This document shows positions 1 through 13,700 of a stretch of DNA of 64,000 nt, piece after piece. Source of the stretch: the human T2T-CHM13v2.0 reference genome, Homo sapiens. The notes beneath the pieces are model-generated. The model made no database searches, was not told where the DNA came from, and was given only the letters and a program-made list of their open reading frames with translations. The first letter of the stretch is position 1; each line of letters opens with the position of its first letter. A program made the translations under genes and the position numbers. The DNA lies in assembly GCF_009914755.1 (NCBI RefSeq), contig NC_060927.1. One strand, 5' to 3'.

Positions 1-3000
1 ACTGTACATAAAATATCAAAGTACCCAAACTATACATTATATACTGTACATAAAATATGAAATTACATCAAATATATATTATATTAGGTACATAAAATAT
101 GAAAGTACATCAAATATAGATTATATACTGTACATAAAATACCAAAATACCCCAAATGTATATTATATACTGTACATGAAATATCAAAGTTCACAAACTA
201 TATATTATATACTGTACATAAAATATCAAATTACCCAAGGTATATATTCTATACTGTACAAAAAATATCAAAGTACCCAAAGCATGTATTATATACTGTA
301 CATAAAATATGAAAGTACATCAAAGATATATTTTATTCTGTACAAAAAATATCAAAGTACACCAAATATATATTCTATAGTGTACACAAATATCAAAGTA
401 TCCAAACTATACATTATATACTGTACATAAAATATAAAATTACATCAAATATATATTATATTAGGTACATAAATTATGAAAGTACATCAAATATAGATTA
501 TATACTGTACATAAAATACCAACGTACCCCAAATATATATTATATACTGTACATGAAATATCAAAGTTCACACACTATATTTTATATGCTGTACATAAAA
601 TATCAAAGCACTCAAGGTATATATTCTATACTGTACAAAAAATATATAAGTGACCAAAGCATGTATTATATACTGTACATAAAATATGAAAGTACATCTA
701 ATATATATTTTATTCTGTACATAAGATATCAAAGTAAACCAAATTTATATTCTATACTGTACATAAAATATCAAAGTACCCAAACTATACATTATATACT
801 GTACATAAAATATGAAATTACATAAATATATATTATATTAGGTACATAGAATATGAAAGTACATCAAATATAGATTATATACTGTACATAAAATATCAAA
901 GTACCCAAATATATATTATATACTGTACATGAAATATCAAAGTTCACAAACTATATATTATATACTGTACATAAAATATGAATATACCCAAGGTATATAT
1001 TCTATACTGTACAAAAAATATCAAAGTACGCATACCATGTATTATATACTGTACATAAAATATGAAAGTACATCAAATATATATTTTATTCTGTACATAA
1101 AATATCAAATTACACCAAATAAATATTCTTCAGTGTACATAAAATATCAAATTACCCAAACTATACATTATATACTGTACATAAAATATGAAATTACATC
1201 AAATATATGTTATATTAGGTACATAAAATATGAAAGTACATCAAATATAGATTATATACTGTACATAAAATATGAAAGTACCCAAAATATATATTTTATA
1301 CTGTACATGAAATATCAAAGTTCACAAACTATATATTATATACTGTACATAAAAATCAAACTACCCAAGGTATATATTCTATACTGTACAAAAAATATCA
1401 AAGTACCCAAAGCATGTATTATATACTGTACATAAAATATGAAAGTACAACAAATATATATTTTATTCTGTACATAAAATATCAAAGTAAACCAAATATA
1501 TATTCTATAGTGTACACAAATATCAAAGTACCCAAACTATACATTATATACTGTACATAAAATATGAAATTACATCAAATATATATTATATTAGGTACAT
1601 AAATTATGAAAGTACATCAAATATAGATTATATACTGTACATAAAATGCCAACGTAACTCAAATATATATTTTATACTGTACATGAAATATCAAAGTTCA
1701 CAAAGTATATATTATATACAGTACATAAAATATCAAAGAACTCAAGGTATATATTCTATACTGTACAAAAAATATGAAAGTACCCAAAGCATGTATTATA
1801 TACTGTACATAAAATATGAAACTACACCAAATATATATTTTATTCTGTACATAAGATATCAAACTATACCAAATATATATTCTATACTGTACAAAAAATA
1901 TCAAAGTACCCAAAGCATGTAATATATACTGTACATAAAATATGAAAGTACATCAAATATATATTTTATTTTGTACATAAAATATCAAAGTACACCAAAT
2001 ATATATTCTATAGTGTAGATAAAATATCAAAGTACCCAAACTATACATTATATACTGTACATAAAATATGAAATTACGTCAAATATATATTATATTAGGT
2101 ACATAAAATATGAAAGTACATCAAATATAGATTATATACTGTCCATAAAATACCAAAGTATCCCAAATATAAATTTTATACTGTACATGAAATATCAAAG
2201 TTCACAAACTATATATTATATACTGCACATAAAATATCAAAGTACCCAAGGTATATATTCTATACTGTACAAAAAATATCAAAGTACCCAAAGCATGTAT
2301 TATATACTGTACATAAAGTATGAAAGTACATCAAATATATATTTTATTCTGTACATAAAATATCAACATACACCAAATATATATTCTATAGTGTACATAA
2401 AATATCAAAGTACCCAAACTATACATTATATACTGTACATAAAATATGAAATTACATCAAATATATATTATATTAGGTACATAAAATATGAAATACATCA
2501 AATATAGATTATATACTGTACATAAAATACCAAAGTACCCCAAATATATATTTTATACTGTACATGAAATATCAAAGTTCACAAACTATATATTATATAC
2601 TGTACATAAAATATCAAAGTACCCAAGGTATATATTCTATACTGTACAAAAAATATCAAAGTACCCAAAGCATGTATTATATACTGTACATAAAATATGA
2701 AAGTACATGAAATATATATTTTATTCTGTACAAAAAATATCAAAGTACACCAAATATATATTCTATACTGTACATAAAATATCAAAGTACCCAAACTATA
2801 CATTATATACTGTATATAAAATATGAAATTACATCAAATATATATTATATTAGGTACATAAAATATGAAAGTACATCAAATATAGATTATATTCTGTACA
2901 TAAAATATGAAAGTACCCCAAATATATATTATATACTGTTCATGAAATATCAAAGTTCACAAACTATATATTATATACTCTACATAAAATATCAAAGTAC

Positions 3001-6000
3001 CCAAGATATATATTCTATACTGTACAGAAAATATCAAAGTACCCAAAGCATGTATTATATACTGTACATAAAATATGAAAGTACATGAAATATATATTTT
3101 ATTATGTACAAAAAATATCAAAGTACACCAAATATATATTCTATACTGTACATAAAATATCAAAGTACCCAAACTATACATTATATACTGTACATAAAAT
3201 ATGAAATTACATAAATATATATTATATTAGGTACATAAAATATGAAAGTACATCAAATATAGATTATATACTGTACATAAAATACCAAAGTACCCCAAAT
3301 ATATATTATATAGTGTACATGAAATATCAAAGTTCACAAACTATATATTATATACTGTACATAAAATATGAATGTACCCAAGGTATATATTCTATACTGT
3401 ACAAAAAATATCAAAGTTCCCAAAGCATGTATTATATACTGTACATAAAATATGAACGTACATCAAATATATATTTTATTCTGTACATAAAATATCAAAG
3501 TACACCAAATATATATTCTATAGTGTACATAAAATATCAAACTACCCAAACTATACATTATATACTGTACATAAAATATGAAATTACATAAAATATATAT
3601 TATATTAGGTACATAAAATATGAAAGTACATCAAATATAGATTATATGCTGTACGAAAAATATCAAAGTACCCCAAATATATATTATATACTGTACATGA
3701 AATATCAAAGTTCACAAACTATATATTATATACTGTACATAAAATATCAAAGCACCCAAGGTATATATCCTATACTGTACAAAAAATATCAAAGTACCCA
3801 CAGCATGTATTATATACTGTACATAAAATATGAAAGTACATCAAATATATATTTTATTATGTACATAAAATATCAAGGTACACCAAATATATATTCTATA
3901 GTGTACATAAAATATCAAAGTACCCAAACTATACATTATATACTGTACATAAAATATGAAATTACATCAAATATATATTATATTAGGTACATAAATTATG
4001 AAAGTACATCAAATATAGATTATATACTGTACATAAAATGCCAACGTAACTCAAATATATATTTTATACTGTACATGAAATATCAAAGTTCACAAAGTAT
4101 ATATTATATACAGTACATAAAATATCAAAGAACTCAAGGTATATATTCTATACTGTACAAAAAATATGAAAGTACCCAAAGCATGTATTATATACTGTAC
4201 ATAAAATATGAAACTACACCAAATATATATTTTATTCTGTACATAAGATATCAAACTATACCAAATATATATTCTATACTGTACATAAAATATCAAAGTA
4301 CCCAAACTATACATTATATACTGTACATAAAATATGAAATTACATAAAATATATATTATATTACGTACATAAAATATCAAAGTACATCAAATATAGATTA
4401 TATACTGTATATAAAATATCAAAGTACCCCAAATATATATTATATACTGTACATGAAATATCAAAATTCACAAACTACATATTGTATACTGCACATAAAA
4501 TATCAAAGTACCCAAGGTATATATTCTATACTGTACAAAAAATATCAAAGTACCCAAAGCATGTAATATATACTGTACATAAAATATGAAAGTACATCAA
4601 ATATATATTTTATTCTGTACATAAAATATCAAAGTACACCAAATATATATTCTATAGTGTAGATAAAATATCAAAGTACCCAAACTATACATTATATACT
4701 GTACATAAAATATGAAATTACGTCAAATATATATTATATTAGGTACATAAAATATGAAAGTACATCAAATATAGATTATATACTGTCCATAAAATACCAA
4801 AGTATCCCAAATATAAATTTTATACTGTACATGAAATATCAAAGTTCACAAACTATATATTATATACTGCACATAAAATATCAAAGTACCCAAGGTATAT
4901 ATTCTATACTGTACAAAAAATATCAAAGTACCCAAAGCATGTATTATATACTGTACATAAAGTATGAAAGTACATCAAATATATATTTTATTCTGTACAT
5001 AAAATATCAACATACACCAAATATATATTCTATAGTGTACATAAAATATCAAAGTACCCAAACTATACATTATATACTGTACATAAAATATGAAATTACA
5101 TCAAATATATATTATATTAGGTACATAAAATATGAAATACATCAAATATAGATTATATACTGTACATAAAATACCAAAGTACCCCAAATATATATTTTAT
5201 ACTGTACATGAAATATCAAAGTTCCCAAACTATATATTATATACTGTACATAAAATATCAAAGTACCCAAGGTATATATTCTATACTGTACAAAAAATAT
5301 CAAAGTACCCAAAGCATGTATTATATACTGTACATAAAATATGAAAGTACATGAAATATATATTTTATTCTGTACAAAAAATATCAAAGTACACCAAATA
5401 TATATTCTATACTGTACATAAAATATCAAAGTACCCAAACTATACATTATATACTGTATATAAAATATGAAATTACATCAAATATATATTATATTAGGTA
5501 CATAAAATATGAAAGTACATCAAATATAGATTATATTCTGTACATAAAATATGAAAGTACCCCAAATATATATTATATACTGTTCATGAAATATCAAAGT
5601 TCACAAACTATATATTATATACTCTACATAAAATATCAAAGTACCCAAGATATATATTCTATACTGTACAGAAAATATCAAAGTACCCAAAGCATGTATT
5701 ATATACTGTACATAAAATATGAAAGTACATGAAATATATATTTTATTATGTACAAAAAATATCAAAGTACACCAAATATATATTCTATACTGTACATAAA
5801 ATATCAAAGTACCCAAACTATACATTATATACTGTACATAAAATATGAAATTACATCAAATATATATTATATTAGGTATATAAAATATGAAAGTACATCA
5901 AATATAGATTATATACTGTACATAAAATATCAAAATACCCCAAATATATATTATGTACTGTACATGAAATATCAAAGTTCTGAAACTATATATTATATAC

Positions 6001-9000
6001 TGTACATAAAATATCAAAGTACCCAAGGTATATATTCTATACTGTACAAAAATATCAAAGTACCCAAAGCATGTATTATATACTGTACAAACAATATGAA
6101 AGTACATCACATATATATTTTATTCTGTACATAAAGTATCAAAGTACACCAAATATATATTCTATAGTGTACACAAAATATCAAAGTACCCAAACTATAC
6201 ATTATATAATGTACAAAAAATATGAAATTACATCAAATATATATTATATTAGGTACATAAAATATGAAAGTACATCAAATATATATTATATACTCTACAT
6301 AAAATACCAAAGTACCCCAAATATATATTTAATACTGTACATGAAATATCAAAGTTCACAAACTATATATTATATACTGTTCATGAAATATCAAAGTACC
6401 CAAGGTATATATTGTATACTGTACAAAAAATATCAAAGTACCCAAAGCATGTATTATATACTGTACATAATATATGAAAGTACATCAAATATATATTTAA
6501 TTCTGTACAAAAAATATCAAAGTACACCAAATATATATTCTATAGTGTACAAAAAATATCAAAGTACCCAAACTATACATTCTATACTGTACATAAAATA
6601 TCAAAGGACCCAAAGTATGTATTATATACTGTACATAAAATATCAAAGTACACAAACATTTATTGTGAACTCTAAATGAAATATCAAAGTATCCAAACTA
6701 TATATTATATATTGTACATAAAATATCAAAGTACCCAACTATATATTTTATACTGTACATAAAATATCAAATTACACCTAATATATATTCTATACTCTAC
6801 ATAAAATATCAAAGTCCCCAACATTTATTATATACTCTACATAAAATATCAAAGTACACCAAATATATATTCTATTCTGTACATTAATTTCCAAAGTGCA
6901 CCAAATATATATTCTATACTGTACATAAAATATCAAACTACCCAAACATGTATTGTATACTGTACATAATGTATCAAAGTACCCAAATTATATATTTTAT
7001 ACTGTACATAAAATAACAAAGTACCCAAACTATACATTATATACTGTACATAAAATATGAACTTACATCCAATATATATTTTATTAGGTACATAAAATTC
7101 GAAAGTACATCAAATATAGATTATATACTGTACATAAAATATCAGAGTACCCCAAATATATATTATATACTGTATATGAAATATCAAATTATACAAACTA
7201 TATATTGTATAGTGTACATAAAATATCAAAGTACCCAAAGTATATATTATATACTGTACCTAAAATATCAAAGTACCCTAAGTATAGATTATATACTGTA
7301 CATAAATATGAAAGTACATCAAATATATATTTTACTCTGTACATAAAATATCAAAGTACACCAAATATATATTCTATACTGTACATAAAATATCAAAGTA
7401 CCCAAAGCATGTATTATATACTGTACATAAAATATCAAAGTACACAAACGTTTATTGTGAACTGTAAATAAAATATCAAAGTAACCAAATTATACATTAT
7501 ATATTGTACATAAAAAATCAAAGTACACAAACTATATATTTTATACTGTACATAAAATATCAAATTACACCAAATATATATTCTATAATTTACATAAAAT
7601 ATCAAAGTAACCAAAGCATGTATTATATACTGTACATAAAATATCAAAGTACGCAAACATTTATTGTGAACTCTAAATAAAACATCAAAGTAACCAAATT
7701 ATACATTATATATTGTACATAAAAAATCAAAGTATACAAACTTTATATTTTATTCTTTACATAAAATATGAAAGTACACCAAATATATATTCTATACTGT
7801 ACATAAAATACCAAAGTACACCATATATATATTCTATACTGTACATAAAATATCAAACTACCCAAACATATATTGTATACTGTACATTATATATCAAAGT
7901 ACCCAAATTACGTATTTTATAATGTACATAATATATCAAAGTACCCAAACTATACATTATATACTGTACATAAAATATGAACTTACATCAAATATATATT
8001 ATATTAGGTACATAAAATATGAAAGTACATCAAATATAGATTATACACTGTACATAAAATATCAGAGTACCCTAAATATATATTATATACTGTACATGAA
8101 ATATCAAAGTATACAAACTATGTATTATATACTGTACATAAAATATCAAAGTATCCAAATTATATATTCTATACTGTACGTAAAATATCAAACTACCCAA
8201 ACTTATATTGTATACTGTACCTAGTATATCAAAGTACCCAAATTATATATTTTATGCTGTACAAAAAATATCAAAGTACCCAAACTATACATTATATACA
8301 GTACATAAAACATGAAATTACATCAAATATATATTATATTAGGTACATATAATATGAAAGTACATCAAATATAGATTATATACTGTACATAAAATATCAA
8401 AGTACCCCAAATATATATTATATACTGTACATGAAATATCAAAGTACACAAACTATATATTATATACTGTACATAAAATATCAAAGTACCCAAAGTATAT
8501 ATTCTATACTGTACAAAAAATATCAAAGTACCCAAAGCATGTATTATATACCGTACATAAAATATGAAAGTACATCAAATATATATTTTATTCTGTACGT
8601 AAAATATCAAAGTACACCAAATATACATTCTATACTGTACATAAAATATCAAAGGACCCAAAGCATGTATTATATACTGTACATAAAATATCAAAGTACA
8701 CAATCATTTATTGTGGACTCTAAATAAAATATCAAAGTATCCAAACTATATATTATATATTGTACTTAAAATATCAAAGTACACAACTATATATTTTATA
8801 CTGTACATAAAATATCAAAGTACACCTAATATATATTCTATACTCTACATAAAATATCAAAGTACCCAAACATTTATTATATACTCTACATAAAATATCA
8901 AAGTACACCAAATATATATTCTATACTGTACATAAATTTCCAAAGTGCACCAAATATATATTCTATACTGTGCATAAAATATCAAACTACCCAAACATAT

Positions 9001-10303
9001 ATTGTATACTGTACATAATATATCAAAGTACCCAAATTATATATTTTATACTATACATAAACTATCAAAGTGCCCAAACTATACATTATATACTGTACAT
9101 AAAATATGAAGTTACATCAAATACATATTAGGTTCATAAAATATAAAAGTACATCAAATATAGATTATATACTGTACATAATATATCAGAGTACCCCAAA
9201 TATATATTATATACTGTACATGAAATATCAAAGTATACAAACTATATATTATATACTGTACATAAAATGTCAAAGTACCCAAATTATATATTATATACTG
9301 TACATAAAATATCAATCTATCCAATGTATAGATTATATACCGTACATAAAATATGAAAGTACATCAAATATATATTTTATTCTGTACATAAAATATCAAA
9401 GTACACCAAACATATATTCTATACTGTACATAAAATATCAAGGTACACCTAATATATATTCTATACTGTACATAAAATATCAAACTACCCAAACATATAT
9501 TATATTCTGTACATAATATATCAAAGTACCCAAACTATATATTTTATACTGTACATAAAATATCAAAGTACCCAAACTATACATTATATACTGTACGTAA
9601 AATATGAAATTACACCAAATATATATTATATTAGGTACATCAAATATGAAAGTACATGAAATATAGATTATTTACTGTACATAAAATACCAAAGTACCCC
9701 AAATATATATTTTATACTGTACATGAAATAACAAAGTACACATATTATATATTATATACTCTACATAAAATATCAAAGTATCCGAAGTATATATTATGTA
9801 CTGTACATAACATATCAAAGTAACCAAACTATATATTTTTTATGGTACATAAAATATCAAAGTACCCAAAGTACATATCATATACTGTACATAACATTTC
9901 AAAGTAACCATACTATATATTATATACTGTATATAAAATATGAAAGTACCTAAAGTATATATTATATACTCTACATAAAATATCAAAGTTCTGAAACTAT
10001 ATATTATATACTGTACATAAAATAGAAAAGTACACCAAATATATATTCTATACTGTACATAATATAAAAGTACACCAAATATATATTGTATACTGTACAT
10101 AAAATATCAAAGTATTCAAACATATATTATATAATGTACGTAATATATCAAATTACCCAAACTATATGTTTTATTCTGTACATAAAATATCAAAGTACCC
10201 AAACTATTCATTATATACTGTACATAAAATATACTGTACATCAAATGTATATTATATTATGTAAATAAAATATGAAAGTATATCAAATATAAATTATATA
10301 CTG
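1..10303 (+). repeat. HSat1A (SAR-type) AT-rich satellite, 42-bp monomer with ~378-bp (9-mer) higher-order repeat
   Basis: Monomer ACTGTACATAAAATATCAAAGTACCCAAACTATACATTATAT repeats throughout. The diagnostic TTAGGTAC variant recurs at 84, 461, 838, 1215, 1591, 2095, 2473, 2850, 3227, 3605, 3983, 4739, 5117, 5494, 5872 and 6249 (TTACGTAC at 4361), spaced 376-378 bp apart except one 504-bp step. Spacing becomes irregular after ~6300. Confidence 0.95.
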
Positions 10304-10730
10304 AGCTTTCGGAGCAGCCCGGACAGAGCTCTCATGCCTTTCCACCACCCCACCCCGGCCTGACCACCCCCTCCCGAACCCCGTCTCCCACCCCCGTAAA
10401 ATGCGTCTTCCCTTGGGCTGGGTGAGGACCCACGTCCTTCAAAACCTTGGGCCCACCCAGCCTCCAGGCCTGACAACCCTCCGACGGCTCGCCTCCTCTG
10501 AGCCTCCACGCCACCGTCGCCGGCCCGTCCGTGCCCCTGCAGCCTCCCAGCTGCCACCATGGAGTGTCTGGCGGCGGAACGCAGACTTCTAGCCCTCTTT
10601 GCCGGCCTCCTGGCTAGACCTGCGCTCATTGCGCACCCCGGCTCGCGTGCAAGGGAGTCCGCTGGGCTCTCTGTGCCCTTGTCCGTCTATGAAATTCCGA
10701 CTGAGGCTCTCCCAACACCTTCCGATGCTC
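10301..10730 (+). repeat. 5'-truncated D4Z4/LSau-derived pLAM-like fragment (no DUX4 ORF)
   Basis: GC-rich segment colinear with 23771-24200 (offset ~13470), e.g. GGAGCAGCCC..CAGAGCTCTCATGCCTTTCCACCACCCC and CCTGGCTAGACCTGC, entering beta satellite at the same TTTAGTCAAAGCCTGGAGAATAGTTACATC junction. Confidence 0.9.
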
Positions 10731-13700
10731 TTTAGTCAAAGCCTGGAGAATAGTTACATCTCCTGGATGATCAGTTCAGAAATACGTCACAATGCCCCCT
10801 CCCTGCGGAGCCTACAGAAGATTTGCATCATTTGGGTGATCAGTGCAGAGATATATCACAATGTCCCCTGTACAAAAAGCATGGAAATGATTTACACCAC
10901 CTCGGTGATCAGTGCATAGGTATGTCAGAAATCCCCAGTAGGCTGAACCTAGACAAGGGTTACATCACTTAGGTGATCAGTGTAGAGATATGTAAAAAGT
11001 CCCATGTAGACAGAGCCTAGACAAGTGTTCCATCAGCTAGTGATCAGTGCAGGGATAAGTTGTAAAGCCTACTGTAGGCAGAGTGTAGACAAGTGTTTCC
11101 TCCCTGGGGTGATCACTGTAGAGATATGTCACAAAGCCCCTGTAAGCAGAACCTTAACAAGGGTTACATCACCTGTTTGATCAGTGGAAATGTATATCAC
11201 AAAGTCCCCTGTAGGCAAAGCCCAGACAATTGTTACATCACCTGGGTGAGCAGTGGAGAGATCTGTCACAATGCCCCTGTAGGCAGAGATTAAACAAGGG
11301 TTACATCACCTGGGTGATCAGTGCAGAGATATGTCAAAACACTCCTGTAGGATGAACCTAGACAGGAGTAACCACCCGGGTGATCAGTGCAGAGATATGT
11401 GAGAATTCCCGTGTAGACAGAGTCTAGACAAGCGTTACATCACCTAGGTTATAAGTGCAGGTATAAGTAGTAAAGCCTCCTGTAGGCAGAGCGTAGACAA
11501 GAGTTCCCTCCCAAGGGTGATAAGTGCAGAGATGTGTCACAAAGCCCCCATAGGCAGAGCCTAGACAAGAGTTTCATCACTTGGTTGATCAGTTCAGAGA
11601 TGTGTCAAAATGTCCATGTAGGCAGATCTAAGACAAGAGTCCATCACCTGGGTGATCAGTGCAGAGATATGTACCAATGTCCCCTGTAGGCAGTGCCTAG
11701 ACAAGAGTTACATCACCTCAGAGATCAGTGCATAGATCTGTCACAAAGCCTTCTATAGGCAAACCCATACAAGGCTTACATCATCTAGGTGACCAGCGCA
11801 GAGATACGTCACACAAATCCTTGTAGAGAGAGCCTAGACAAGGGTTACATCACCTAGATGAACACTACAGAGATATTTCACAATACCCCCTGTAGGCAGA
11901 TCGTAGACAAGAGTTGAATCACCTGGGTGATCAGTGCAGAGATATTTCACAATGACCCCTATGGGTAGACGGTAGACAAGAGTTACATCACCTAGGTGAT
12001 CCAAGGAGAGATTTGTCAAAATTCCCAGTAGGCAGTACTTATAGAAGTGTTACATCACCTAAGTGATCAGTGCAGAGATACGTTACAAAGCTCCTGTAGG
12101 CAGAACTTAGATGAGTTATATCACCTGGGAGATCAGTGCAAAGGTATGTCACAAAGCCCCATGTAGGCAAAGCCTAGACAATAGTTCCATCACTTGGGTG
12201 ATCAGTGGCGAGATCTCTCACAATTCCCCTGTAGGTAGAGCTTATACAACAGTTACCTCACCTGGGTGATCAGTGCAGAGATATGTCACAATTCCCCCAT
12301 AGGAAGATCCAAGACAAGAGTCCGTCACCTGGGTGATCAGTGCAGAGATATGTGAGAAATCCCGTGTAGGCAGAGCCTAGACAAGTGTTACATCAACTAG
12401 GTTATCAGTGCAGGTATAAGTCATAAAGCCTCCTGTAGGCAGAGCGTAGACAAGAGTTCCCTCCCCAGGGTGATCAGTGCAGAGATGTGTCACAAAGCCC
12501 TGTAGGGAGAGCCTGGACAAGAGATTCATCACTTGGTTGATCAGTTCAGAGATGTGTCACAATCTCCATGTAGGCAGATCTAAGACAAGAGTCCATCACC
12601 TGGGTGATCAGTGCAGAGATATGGACCAATATCCCCTGTAGGCAGTGCCTAGACAAGAGTTGCATCACCTCAGAGATCAGTGCAGAGATATTTCACAAAG
12701 CCTTCTGTAGGCAAAGCCCATACAAGGCTTACATCACCTAGGTGATCAGTGCAGTGATATGTCACAAAAATCCCTGTAGACAGAGACTAGAAAAGAGGTA
12801 CATCAACTGGGAGATCAGTGCAGATATTTGACACAATGCCCCCATAGACAGAGCCTAGACAAGACTTCCATCACCTTGGCGATAAGTGCAGAGATATGTC
12901 ACAAATCCCCCTCTAGGCAGAGTACAGAGAAGAGTCCCATCACCTGGGTGATCAGTGCAGAGATATTTCACAATGCCCCCTGTGGGCAGAGAGTGGACAA
13001 GAGTTACATAACCTAGGTGATCTGTGCAGAGCTATATCAAAACGCCCCTGTAGGCAGAGCCTAGATAAATATTACATCACCTGGGTGATCAGTGCAGAGA
13101 TACGTCACAATAACCCCTGTAGGTGGAGCCTAGACAAGAGTTACATCAACTGGGTGATCAGTGCAGAAATATGTCACAAAGCCCCTGTAGGCACAGCCTA
13201 AAGAAGTGATACATCACCTGGGTGATCAGTGAAGAAATATGTCACAAAGCCCCTGTAGGACGAGCCTAGACAAGAGTTGTTACATCTCCTGGGTGATCAG
13301 TGCAAAGATATGTCACAAAGCCCCCTGTAGACAAATCTCAGAAAATTGTTACATCACATGGGTGATCAGTGGAGATATCTGTCAAAATTCCCCTACAGGC
13401 GCAGCTTAGACAAGCGTTACATCACATGAGTGATCATTTCAGAGATATGTCACTATGCCCCCATAGGCAGATCCAAGACAAGAGTCCATCACCTCGGTGA
13501 TCAGTGCAGATATATGCCACAATGCCACCAGTAGGCAGATATAGAGAAAGTTACATCACCTGCGTGATCAAGGCAGAGATATGTCACAATGCCCCTGTAG
13601 GCAGAGCCTAGACGAGAGTCCCATCACCTGGGTAATCAGTGCAGAGTTATGTCACAATGCCCCCTCTTGACAGAGCCTAGAAAATGGTTATATCACCTGG

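Noticed and set aside
176-10268. Many Tyr/Ile/Lys-rich ORFs (MKYQSSQTIYYILYIK...)
   Set aside because: Translation of a 42-bp (14-codon) satellite monomer that happens to lack stops in one frame; no coding features.
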